Below are positions 38,989 through 47,977 of a stretch of DNA of 64,000 nucleotides, piece by piece. Positions within the stretch are counted from its first letter, which is position 1. Every line of letters starts with the position of its first letter. The notes beneath the pieces are model-generated. The model was not told where the DNA came from, did not search any database, and saw only the letters and a list, made by a program, of their open reading frames with translations. The DNA comes from an uncultured Candidatus Saccharibacteria bacterium. Lineage in GTDB: Bacteria > Patescibacteriota > Minisyncoccia > Phycocordibacterales > CAYGLL01. Made by a program: the position numbers and the translations under genes. The stretch is taken from assembly GCA_964350935.1 (NCBI GenBank), contig CAYGLL010000001.1:38090-102089 (forward strand), read 5' to 3'.

Positions 38989-39005
38989 TTGACCTCAGGG
39001 GTCAA
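38989..39005. promoter_or_regulatory. Perfect inverted repeat TTGACC-tcagg-GGTCAA in the divergent promoter region
   Basis: Reads as a -35 hexamer on both strands; on the minus strand it is followed 17 nt later by TAGGAT. It may be an operator. Confidence 0.3.
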
Positions 39006-39087
39006 TGTAACGTGAGGCTTAAAATAGGCTGGTAATGCGGATCGGTGAGGACCTCAGCCGTGATATAATCGGGCTCATTCAACAAAT

Positions 39088-39831
39088 ATGCAGAAGGAAA
39101 TTTACGACAATACGGTTAAGATTCAGGAGAAAAACTGGTGGTACAAAACACGGCGAGATATTATCACCGATCTTTTGCGTGATGAGTTTCCGGCAGGACA
39201 GAACCGTCGCGTGCTTTCTGTTGGCTGTGGTGTCGGCTGGGAAATGAAATTTATTTCACGATACGGTGAGGCGTACGGTATTGATCCGAGTCCTACGGCG
39301 ATTGAGTATTGTAAGGAAGCCGGGATAAGTAAAAATCTTTTTGTGTCAGGAGCAGAAAAGCTGCAGTTCGAAGATACTTTTTTCGATGCAGTTTTTATTC
39401 TCGATGTTCTTGAACACGTTGAACGTGATGAGGCGGCTCTCACTGAAATTTATCGTGTGTTAAAACCCGGCGGCATTTTGGTACTCACCGTTCCCGCGTT
39501 TCCACTGCTGTGGACCAAGTCTGATGTGCGCGCTCACCATTTCAGGCGCTATACCCGTTCGAGTTTAAAACAGGAAATTGAAAAAAGCGGATTCAGGATA
39601 AAACGACTTTCGTATTTCAATATGATTCTCCTACCCTTAATTGGCGGTATCAAACTGCTCACGCGTTTTTACGAACCGGCGTTTGTAGAAGGGAAGGAAG
39701 TCAGCCAGCCGAATCCGGTGGTGAACTGGATGCTTTACCATATTTTTAAACTCGAAGTTTCGTGGCTTGCCCGTTTTAATCTGCCCCTCGGAATCTCTCT
39801 TCTCGCAATTGCCCGAAAGGAAACCAAATAA
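39088..39831 (+). CDS. Class I SAM-dependent methyltransferase
   Basis: VLSVGCGVGWE SAM motif; VLKPGGILVLTVP post-I motif. Confidence 0.7.
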   Translation: MQKEIYDNTVKIQEKNWWYKTRRDIITDLLRDEFPAGQNRRVLSVGCGVGWEMKFISRYGEAYGIDPSPTAIEYCKEAGISKNLFVSGAEKLQFEDTFFDAVFILDVLEHVERDEAALTEIYRVLKPGGILVLTVPAFPLLWTKSDVRAHHFRRYTRSSLKQEIEKSGFRIKRLSYFNMILLPLIGGIKLLTRFYEPAFVEGKEVSQPNPVVNWMLYHIFKLEVSWLARFNLPLGISLLAIARKETK

Positions 39832-39914
39832 TTTTTTATTCGACTGGTTGACAAACTTCAACTTTAGTGTATTTTTCGTTTTAGATACAAATCCGGAAAA
39901 CGAAAGGAACGTAC

Positions 39915-40604
39915 ATGATACCGAAAGTGATTGGTTTTGACTTTGACGGAGTGATTACAGTTGCGGGCGAGAGGGCAAAACAAGTGGGGTGGAGCGTCCT
40001 TCTCATGGAGCTAGTGGCCGAGGGACACCCAAAAAATCTGCCGGAGGTTTTTGCAGCCGAGCAGGAACGGTTTGTCGGTAAAAATGCCGTCGTTAAAGGT
40101 GATCGATATGACATTCTCTGGGGAATGTGGCGTGGGCTTAATTACCCGGGAGAAAAATGTTGTACGTTGGTTAATGAGTGTGCTTGGCGCTACGACAGTA
40201 TTACCCGAAAACTCATCGTTGAGTCTGGCGTCCACCCCTCAACTCATCTCGCACTTCAAAACTGGAAGAGGAAAGGGATTCCGCTCTACATCATTTCAGC
40301 AACGCCGGAAGAAGCGCTTGTGCAAAGTGTCCGGGAACTTTCGCTCGAAGGGTTCGGCTTCACTAAGATTCTGGGTTTTCCCAAAAAGAAACCCGATCAT
40401 CTGCGCGAGATCATTGCGGAGAAGAGGATTCAGTCCGGCGAACTTCTTTTTATCGGTGACTCTTCCGGCGATTACAAAGCGGCACAGACTGTGCAGTGCG
40501 GATTCATCGGGGTTGGAAATGAGTTCAATCAGTGGACCACTCAAAGCCAGCCATTTCCGGTTGTACGGTTGCTAACAGAGATTGATACTGTGGTAGGTCT
40601 CTAG
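39915..40604 (+). CDS. HAD-superfamily hydrolase (probable sugar-phosphate phosphatase)
   Basis: Motif I VIGFDFDGVIT and a C-terminal GDSSGD motif IV. Confidence 0.65.
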   Translation: MIPKVIGFDFDGVITVAGERAKQVGWSVLLMELVAEGHPKNLPEVFAAEQERFVGKNAVVKGDRYDILWGMWRGLNYPGEKCCTLVNECAWRYDSITRKLIVESGVHPSTHLALQNWKRKGIPLYIISATPEEALVQSVRELSLEGFGFTKILGFPKKKPDHLREIIAEKRIQSGELLFIGDSSGDYKAAQTVQCGFIGVGNEFNQWTTQSQPFPVVRLLTEIDTVVGL

Positions 40605-40615
40605 TTCTTTTTTTT

Positions 40616-40646
40616 AGCCGCTTCGCATTGCGAGGCGGCTTTTTGT
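40616..40646 (+). terminator. Rho-independent terminator (loop motif TTCGCATTGCGA)
   Basis: AGCCGCTTCG-CATTG-CGAGGCGGCT followed by TTTTTG. Confidence 0.8.
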
Positions 40647-40687
40647 TTGTTACGCTTTGCGTTACTTAGGAGTTGTAATATCTATCT

Positions 40688-41776
40688 ATGGCAATCAAGG
40701 TAAAAATTGTCGGGGCGGGATCAATCGGTAATCATCATGCACAAGCCTCGCGCGCACGCGGTTGGGACGTAACTGTTATCGATATGGATCCAAAAGCACT
40801 GGAGCGCATGAAGACCGATATCTATCCAAAGCGTTATGGAGCATGGGATGAAGCTATTAAACTTTTTGAAGCGGGGAAGGAGCCACAGGGCGGATATGAT
40901 GTAATCTACCTTGGTACGCCGCCACACGTGCGCATGAAGGTTGCTGTCGATGCGTTAAAAGAAGATCCGAAAGTTTTGCAAATGGAAAAACCAGCCGCAC
41001 CGCCGACACTGGAAGGTCTTAAAGAGTTTGTTGCTGAACTGAAGAAACACCCGAATACCGCAGTCATCGTCGGCTTCAATCACATTGTTGCTCACAATAC
41101 GGCGACGGTGCACCGGCTTATCAAAGAGAATCAGTTGGGTAAGTTACTCTCGATCGAAGCCGGCGTACGAAGCCATTGGGAGAATATTTTCAAAGCGCAT
41201 CCATGGCTCAAAGGGCCGCAGGACACCTATCTTGGTTATTGGAAAAAGGGAGGTGGTGCGGGCGGTGAGCATTCCCACGCGTTGAATCTGTGGCAGCATT
41301 TTGCGCATGAACTCGGCGCTGGGCGTGTTTCTGAGGTTCAGGGAATGTTTGATTACATTACTGAAAATGGTGCGGAATATGATCGGCAGTGTTTATTGAA
41401 TTTGAAAACTGAGAATGGTTTGTACGGTCGCGTTATCCAGGATGTTTTGACACAGCCGAAGAAAAAATGGGTTGAGCTTCAGTTCGAAAAAGGTTCAATT
41501 GAGTGGTGGAACGATGTCACTAAAACGACTGACGAAGTGATCGTAAATGTGCGCGGGAAGGATCCGCAGAAAGTTATTATTGAGAAAACACGTATCGAAG
41601 AGTTTGGGAAAGAGGCCGAACATATTGAAGATCTGGTTTCTGGAAAAATAAAAATTAGTGATTCGCCGATCCGCTTTGAACGCGGTATGGAAACCTCAAT
41701 TGTTTTGGGAGCTGGTCATGAATCTCATGCCAGTGGGAAAACAGTGAGGGTTGATTATTCTGTACTACTAAAGTAG
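40688..41776 (+). CDS. Gfo/Idh/MocA-family NAD(P)-dependent oxidoreductase
   Basis: KVKIVGAGSIGNHH N-terminal Rossmann motif; 362 aa. Confidence 0.65.
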   Translation: MAIKVKIVGAGSIGNHHAQASRARGWDVTVIDMDPKALERMKTDIYPKRYGAWDEAIKLFEAGKEPQGGYDVIYLGTPPHVRMKVAVDALKEDPKVLQMEKPAAPPTLEGLKEFVAELKKHPNTAVIVGFNHIVAHNTATVHRLIKENQLGKLLSIEAGVRSHWENIFKAHPWLKGPQDTYLGYWKKGGGAGGEHSHALNLWQHFAHELGAGRVSEVQGMFDYITENGAEYDRQCLLNLKTENGLYGRVIQDVLTQPKKKWVELQFEKGSIEWWNDVTKTTDEVIVNVRGKDPQKVIIEKTRIEEFGKEAEHIEDLVSGKIKISDSPIRFERGMETSIVLGAGHESHASGKTVRVDYSVLLK

Positions 41777-41778
41777 GT

Positions 41779-42495
41779 ATGAACGTTTTAGCCATTATTC
41801 AGGCACGCGGAGGTTCAAAGGGAATTCCGGGAAAAAATATTAAGCTCTTGTGCGGCAAACCTTTAATTGCGTGGACAATTGAAGCGGCGAAAAATGCGAA
41901 AACGGTAACACGGGTTATTGTTTCAACTGACGACGAGGCGATTGCCGAGGTATCAAAAAAGTATGGAGCTGAGGTTCCATTTTTACGTCCAGCAGAGTTT
42001 GCAACCGATGGTGCCAAGAGCATCGGTCTTCTTGAGCACGCGCTTAATTTTTTGAAGGAGAAAGAAAATTACGAAACCGATGTTGTGGTTCAGTTGAAGC
42101 CGACTAATCCATTACGCACGAGTACTCAGATCGACCAGTGCGTCGAGTTGTATCAAGAGAGTGTCGATCTTGATGCGGTTATTACGGTCGTGAAAGCACC
42201 TGTTCATCCTCTTAAAACCTGGAAGTTTGAAGGTGAATCGCTCCAACCATTTGTACCAGAGAATGTATTCGGCATCAAAGAAGCAGCCAAAACCCCTCGC
42301 CAAAAACTTCCTGAAGCCTACGGAAACAACTCCTGTGTCCATGTGATTAATCCCAAAACCATTCTTGAAAAACATTCGTCGATTGGAACACGTGTGAAGG
42401 GTGTCGTACTTTCGCGCGAGGACTCAATCAACATCGACGAACCGATTGATTTTGAGATTGCCGAGTTATTACTTAAAAAACGCCTCGGAAAATAA
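41779..42495 (+). CDS. Acylneuraminate (nonulosonate) cytidylyltransferase, NeuA/CTP_transf_3 family, copy 2
   Basis: AIIQARGGSKGIPGKN...KPTNPL; collinear with copy 1 at 33584. Confidence 0.75.
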   Translation: MNVLAIIQARGGSKGIPGKNIKLLCGKPLIAWTIEAAKNAKTVTRVIVSTDDEAIAEVSKKYGAEVPFLRPAEFATDGAKSIGLLEHALNFLKEKENYETDVVVQLKPTNPLRTSTQIDQCVELYQESVDLDAVITVVKAPVHPLKTWKFEGESLQPFVPENVFGIKEAAKTPRQKLPEAYGNNSCVHVINPKTILEKHSSIGTRVKGVVLSREDSINIDEPIDFEIAELLLKKRLGK

Positions 42496-43110
42496 ATGAA
42501 AACTCGATTTATATTTATCCGTCACGCTCAAAGTGTCGCCAAAGAATTGGGCATTGTGCAGGGTGATGGTGCGTCAACTCCTCTTTCAGCTTTGGGTAAA
42601 GAACAGGCTGAAAAACTGGGCAATAGTTTTAAGTCAGAAAAATGTGATCGATTGTTTGCCTCGACCTCGGTGCGCGCCGTTGAGACTGCGGCCCAGATTA
42701 AAAAATTTCATGCACCGGTTCTCTATGAAGAGATCAGGGAACTTCACGAGCGCTCAAAAGGTGAGGCGGAGGGAATGAAACAGGAGGAGTTTGAAAAAAA
42801 ATATCCGGAAGTACTTGAAGCATGGGGGAGGGAAGAAGATCCGCGACCTGCGGGGGGCGAGAGTTTTGAGGATGTTGAAAAGCGCGTGATGCCGATTATT
42901 GAACGCCACCTCAAAGAATATGCGGGACAAACCCTCGCCTATGTCATCCACGGCAACGTTATCCGTGTTATTTTGGGAGCGATGCTTGGAATCCCTCCGG
43001 CTAAGCGTAACAGATTGGTTCAGGATTATTGTGCTGTAAATATCGCGGAATTCGATACCGCAAAGGGCCGCTGGAAGATTATCGCAAGTAATCGGGATGT
43101 CATCTCCTAA
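42496..43110 (+). CDS. Histidine phosphatase family protein (phosphoglycerate-mutase-like)
   Basis: FIRHAQS (RHG-type motif) near the N-terminus; 204 aa. Confidence 0.65.
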   Translation: MKTRFIFIRHAQSVAKELGIVQGDGASTPLSALGKEQAEKLGNSFKSEKCDRLFASTSVRAVETAAQIKKFHAPVLYEEIRELHERSKGEAEGMKQEEFEKKYPEVLEAWGREEDPRPAGGESFEDVEKRVMPIIERHLKEYAGQTLAYVIHGNVIRVILGAMLGIPPAKRNRLVQDYCAVNIAEFDTAKGRWKIIASNRDVIS

Positions 43111-44212
43111 TAAAAAAACAACACCGGTGGCTCTTTTCGATCCAGTCGCCTTTTTAAAAGAACAGTATGGTTTTTCCGTTCGCGATGTCCGGCCTCCGGA
43201 TGGAAAGGCAGACTCAAGTCAGGTTTTTATTGTGACAACCGAAGAGGCTGGCGAGGTTGTTCTCAAGGCGTCGTTCTGGTATCAGGGTTTTGCGAAAAAT
43301 CCGATCGAGGCACTAGAAACGGTTTACCAAACTATTCATGCTCTTGCTGAGCGAGGGCTTCCGATTCAGCGAGCATATAAAAATGGGGCTGGAAGATTTG
43401 TTTCTGACGTCGAAGGGATTCCGTGGGTTACGCTAACCTACTTTTCAGGAAAGCCGTTTAGTGGAACCGAAGAAGAGTTTGCTGCTACCGGCAAAGCGCT
43501 GGGACTTTTTCATAAGACGGGCGCTGCTTATTTAAATGAGGTTCCCCCAATGCGGAAGGCGATAACTGAAAAAGTTCCCGTCGAGAAACCGTACGAAGAA
43601 TCCCGAGATTTGTATCTAACGAAAGGCTTCCGTGAACTTTTGGAGAAACCCCACATTGGTTGTGGAAATGGGAGTGTGTGTGACGTTGTGCGGCAAGCAA
43701 TTCCGTTGATCGATGAAACAATTACATTTATAGATTCTTCATTCAAAGAGGTCGGATCCTTAACCGCAAGCATCTTGCATAATGATTTTAGTCACGCGAA
43801 CGGCCTTTACCACGAGGACGGCAGTTTCGGGGGGTTTCTTGATGCCGATCAATTGGGTGTAGGGCCGGCGGTTTTTGATATCGGGAACACTCTCGCATCG
43901 TTTGCAACTGAATTTTTAAAAAAAGGAACAGTAAAAGAGTTAGAAATCCGAGTGGGACTCTTTCTTTTACAGTATCACTCGGTGTGGCCGCTCCGGGAAA
44001 AAGAATACGCGCTCATCTTAGCTGCGACACAGAGGTGGGATATACAGCGTGTACTGCGCACGATGCGCCGGCATCATTTCGAGGACAATCGTCTCCCGGA
44101 TCTTGTTCCAAAGGTTTCTAGTCGTTTTTTACCGCGCATTAAAGGTATAAAAACCTGGTTTGCTTTTCTGACCCCCCACTGGATTGAGAAGACGCTTTCG
44201 ATCAAAAATTAA
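43097..44212 (+). CDS. APH/choline-kinase-like small-molecule (sugar) kinase
   Basis: ILHNDFSHANGLY (HxDxxxxN catalytic loop) and FLDADQLGVG (metal-binding Asp). Confidence 0.55.
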   Translation: MSSPNKKTTPVALFDPVAFLKEQYGFSVRDVRPPDGKADSSQVFIVTTEEAGEVVLKASFWYQGFAKNPIEALETVYQTIHALAERGLPIQRAYKNGAGRFVSDVEGIPWVTLTYFSGKPFSGTEEEFAATGKALGLFHKTGAAYLNEVPPMRKAITEKVPVEKPYEESRDLYLTKGFRELLEKPHIGCGNGSVCDVVRQAIPLIDETITFIDSSFKEVGSLTASILHNDFSHANGLYHEDGSFGGFLDADQLGVGPAVFDIGNTLASFATEFLKKGTVKELEIRVGLFLLQYHSVWPLREKEYALILAATQRWDIQRVLRTMRRHHFEDNRLPDLVPKVSSRFLPRIKGIKTWFAFLTPHWIEKTLSIKN

Positions 44213-44243
44213 AAAAGCCCGGCTCAACTTTGTTGAGCCGGGC
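44211..44243 (-). terminator. Rho-independent terminator for the minus-strand membrane-protein gene (hairpin shared with the convergent plus-strand gene)
   Basis: GCCCGGCTCAAC-TTT-GTTGAGCCGGGC perfect 12-bp stem; the U-run follows only on the minus strand. Confidence 0.8.
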
Positions 44244-44251
44244 GAAATGAA

Positions 44252-45388
44252 TCAGCCTTTGAGTGTAATCAAGAAGAGTCCTAGAATCACGGTCATGGCC
44301 GTGAGGATGCGGACAAACTTTTCTTGCGGTGTGCCGCCCTCGCGGAGAACATAGATGCCATAGAACGCTCCAAACACCACTGAAACGCGCTTAATGGCGA
44401 GGTAGTAATTCACGTTATGGCCGTAGAGTGTGGTGTTCATGATGAGAATGATCGCCGCGTAGACGATCCCCATCAGGAGAAATGTCCGGCGGTAATTTCT
44501 GAAGACAAACGAAACGCGCTCCCAACCTCCTTCAGCAAGTGTCCAGCCCATACAGATCAAAAACACTACGAAAGGGACAATGATACCGTGAAGGAAAGGA
44601 TTTCCCGCATCAACTGCCACTTTGTCGAAGTTGACCGCAACGCCGGCGATAACCGTGGATATTGCTCCGGTTAACACCGGGTGATGAGCAAACCAGTCTC
44701 CCTCGGGTGCGCCTTCGGGCGTTTTCTTTTTGGCCAGAAATCCATTTGCAGCAATTGCAATTACGGTGATGACGATTCCGATGAATCCGAGCGTACTTAC
44801 CGTCGGGCTCGTTATTCCCGAGCCGCTTCCGACGAGCGCGAACGCAAGATAGGAAAGCGGAAGAGAAATGATCGGAACCAGACTCTGTGTCGTTGAGACG
44901 AGCGAAACATCGCCGTAGCGCAGCGCTTTGGTAAAGAGGTAAAAAATGAAAACATTCAAAACCCCCGATCCCACGGTTGCCCACCAGAAGTGAACACTCT
45001 TAATCTCAAAAGTAACCTGGCGACCAAAGAGAAGAGGCGAGATAAGAATTCCTCCGAGGCCGACGATGAGCGCCACTAAGGGGTAATAACCCATCAGCGT
45101 TTCGTGATCCTTCAGCTTGAGTCCGGGATTCTCGAGAAGTCGAGGGTCGTTTCCCTTAGGGAAAAGATCTTTTGCCATCGGTTGAAAGAGAAATCCGGTT
45201 ATCATTGCCCCCAAGAGAAGGAGGCCTGTCCACCAGAGGTTTTCGCGTGATTCCGTGGTAATCACCCCTGCATATTTGATTACACCGAGAAAAAGAGCCC
45301 AGATGAAAAGTGCAGTGATGACAGTCGTTTTTCGTGATTGTTGGTTCATGTAGTACGTAGTCGCAGTATTCTTATCAGTATAATGCAT
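44252..45388 (-). CDS. DMT/EamA-like integral membrane transporter (paralog-like to 34563-35498)
   Basis: About 10 TM helices. ...VSLVSTTQSLVPIISLPLSYLAF and ...NFDKVAVDAGNPF parallel motifs in the other DMT protein. The true start may be the internal Met MNQQS. Confidence 0.45.
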   Translation of the reverse strand: MHYTDKNTATTYYMNQQSRKTTVITALFIWALFLGVIKYAGVITTESRENLWWTGLLLLGAMITGFLFQPMAKDLFPKGNDPRLLENPGLKLKDHETLMGYYPLVALIVGLGGILISPLLFGRQVTFEIKSVHFWWATVGSGVLNVFIFYLFTKALRYGDVSLVSTTQSLVPIISLPLSYLAFALVGSGSGITSPTVSTLGFIGIVITVIAIAANGFLAKKKTPEGAPEGDWFAHHPVLTGAISTVIAGVAVNFDKVAVDAGNPFLHGIIVPFVVFLICMGWTLAEGGWERVSFVFRNYRRTFLLMGIVYAAIILIMNTTLYGHNVNYYLAIKRVSVVFGAFYGIYVLREGGTPQEKFVRILTAMTVILGLFLITLKG

Positions 45389-45447
45389 TAAAAATTTATT
45401 GTGTCAAAACGTGGCCTTTTTAGACGATCTGTCATAAAATACCCGTT

Positions 45448-47835
45448 ATGAATAAATTTTTACGCTACTTTATCGTGGGTGGTGCGTTAGCGACACTGTT
45501 CCTTCCACTTCTTATTAGCGACTCTATATTTTTTCCGTTCATTTCAGGTAAGAATTTTCTTTTTAGAATCATTGTAGAGCTCATGCTCGCCGCCTGGGTT
45601 CTTCTCATGCTGCGTATGCCTGAGTATCGCCCGCGCTCATCGCTTATTTCGCGTGCGCTCATTCTCTTTATCACCATTCTCACGCTTGCTGATATTTTCG
45701 CCATGAATCCCTACAAGGCATTTTGGTCAAATTTTGAGCGTATGGAAGGTCTCATTGGTTTTTTGCACCTTCTCGGATATTTCTTTGTAGTGAGTTCGGT
45801 CATTCGAACTGAAAAATTGTGGGGAATACTCTTTCATACTTCTATCGGCGTGAGCCTCTTTACCTGTCTCTATGCGTCGCTTCAGATCGGCGGAGAGCTC
45901 GCTATTAACCAGGGAGGTGTACGTGTTGATGCAACGTTTGGAAATGCTATTTATCTTGCCGTATATCTTTTGTTTCATATATTTCTTGTCAAAAAACGTG
46001 TCTACGGACCTAAAGAAATTTTCAAGAGTGTCATGTTGGGTAGCGCTATGTTTTTGATCTATTACCTTGTCCGCGTCAGTTCAAGTTCGATCGAGGCGCA
46101 TCGTATTGGCGTCATCCTCTCTCTTTCGTCACTTGCCGCACTTCTTCTTTCAGGATATGCGCTTCAAACAAGTAAGGAGCGCGTGCTTAAACTCTTGCGT
46201 ATCGTGTTCGAGTGGCTCCTCATTATCTTTTACGTTGTGGTCATTTTCTACACAGCAACCCGAGGTGTGATTGTCGGCTTGGGTGCTTCCCTTATAGTTC
46301 TTGCCGTACTTCTTCTACTGGCTCCCGAAAACGAATCACGTCGCGTGTATCGGAAAATTGGCGGTGGAATTCTTCTCCTTATTATACTTGCGGGCGCCTC
46401 TTTCTTTATGTTCCGTGATGTCCCCGCGATCCGGAATCACCATGTGTTTGGGCGCCTGGCCTCCGTTTCTATTACCGGGGACGATGCAACGGCACGCTAT
46501 CGTGTGTGGGGAATGGCGTTTGAAGGTTTTAAGGAACGCCCGATCCTTGGCTGGGGTCAGGAAGGTTTCAACTACGTATTTAATAAGTATTACGATCCGA
46601 AAATGTACGCGCGTGAACAGTGGTTTGATCGCACGCACGATGTGTTTCTCGACTGGTTGATCGCCGGTGGCATCTTTGGTCTCTTGAGTTATCTCTTTAT
46701 CTACTTTGCACTGCTGCGTCGTGTCTGGAAGGCGCCTCGCGGGACACCTGAAGACAGAGAAGCCTACACACTTTCATACGTGGAGAAGGTGGTGCTTACA
46801 GCTGTTGTTACCGGTTACTTTATTCAAAACTTCTTTGTTTTCGATAACCTGACGAGCTACATCGTATTCTTCATCCTTCTTTCCTACGTTCACTTTGTTA
46901 CCACCTCAAGGTTAAGGGTGGCAGAGCGCGTAAGTGAATTCAATACCGTCACGCATCAGCTTGTTCCAGCACTCACCGTTGTGCTTCTTGTTTTCGCACT
47001 CTATTTCTTTAACGTGAAGCCAATTATGGCGGGACAAACGCTTATCGCGGCGTTGCAGCAGTATCCGATGACTCAAAATGGTGAAGGTGGGCCAGCGAAA
47101 AATTTGGAACTGTTTAAGAAAGCACTTTCGTATAATACGTTTGCTGCAAGCGAGATTCGCGAACAGTTGGCGCAGGTTGCAACTACCATTTTCCAGGCAA
47201 AGGATGCGCCAGAGAGTCTGAAGACAGCTTACTTCGAGGTCGGGTACAACGAGCTCAAGGCTCAATTGGAGCAAACTCCTGAAGATGCGCGCTATCATTT
47301 ATTTATGGGTGTTTTCTTAAATGCAGCGGGACAGTATCAGGAAGGTGTGAGTTATCTCGAGAAGGCGCTTAGTTTTTCACCCACCAAGCAAACAATAATG
47401 TTTGAGCTGGGTACGAGTTACCTCAACGGCGGCGACTATGAAAAGGCTCTCGCGGTATTCAAGAAAGCATTTGAACTTGAACCGGCATTCAATGATGCCC
47501 GCATTATCTATGCGTTGGGTGCGGTCTATGCGAACAAGCAAGATCTTGCGGACAGTATTTTGATAGACGGTTTCGGAACAACTCTCGTGAATGATTCACG
47601 TTTGATGCAGGCCTACGCTAACAAGAAACAGTTTCCACGCTTGATTGAAATATATAAAAATCTGTTAGAGAAACAGCCGAATAACACTGATCTGCACCTG
47701 AGGCTCGCCGGCGCGTATTACCAAAACGGGCAGCGCGCGCTTGCTATAGCGCAGATACGCAAAGTAATTGAGATTGATCCAAATCTCAAGGAACAGGGCG
47801 AACAATCAATCAAAGAAATTCAGGAAGGGAAGTAA
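45448..47835 (+). CDS. O-antigen ligase/polymerase-like (Wzy_C) membrane protein fused to C-terminal TPR repeats
   Basis: Multi-TM N-terminal 500 aa with a large periplasmic loop, then C-terminal TPR-like repeats (...YEKALAVFKKAFELEP...). Confidence 0.7.
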   Translation: MNKFLRYFIVGGALATLFLPLLISDSIFFPFISGKNFLFRIIVELMLAAWVLLMLRMPEYRPRSSLISRALILFITILTLADIFAMNPYKAFWSNFERMEGLIGFLHLLGYFFVVSSVIRTEKLWGILFHTSIGVSLFTCLYASLQIGGELAINQGGVRVDATFGNAIYLAVYLLFHIFLVKKRVYGPKEIFKSVMLGSAMFLIYYLVRVSSSSIEAHRIGVILSLSSLAALLLSGYALQTSKERVLKLLRIVFEWLLIIFYVVVIFYTATRGVIVGLGASLIVLAVLLLLAPENESRRVYRKIGGGILLLIILAGASFFMFRDVPAIRNHHVFGRLASVSITGDDATARYRVWGMAFEGFKERPILGWGQEGFNYVFNKYYDPKMYAREQWFDRTHDVFLDWLIAGGIFGLLSYLFIYFALLRRVWKAPRGTPEDREAYTLSYVEKVVLTAVVTGYFIQNFFVFDNLTSYIVFFILLSYVHFVTTSRLRVAERVSEFNTVTHQLVPALTVVLLVFALYFFNVKPIMAGQTLIAALQQYPMTQNGEGGPAKNLELFKKALSYNTFAASEIREQLAQVATTIFQAKDAPESLKTAYFEVGYNELKAQLEQTPEDARYHLFMGVFLNAAGQYQEGVSYLEKALSFSPTKQTIMFELGTSYLNGGDYEKALAVFKKAFELEPAFNDARIIYALGAVYANKQDLADSILIDGFGTTLVNDSRLMQAYANKKQFPRLIEIYKNLLEKQPNNTDLHLRLAGAYYQNGQRALAIAQIRKVIEIDPNLKEQGEQSIKEIQEGK

Positions 47836-47977
47836 AAACAGTTGTTTAAGGCGGAACAAGCCCGTCTATTGACTAAAATCCATTTTGTGATAGTTTTTGC
47901 CTGCCTATGAGTGTGGGCATTTTGGTACTTCGACATAAACAAGCCGGCTAAAGCTGGCACAACAGAAAGGTAGTTGA

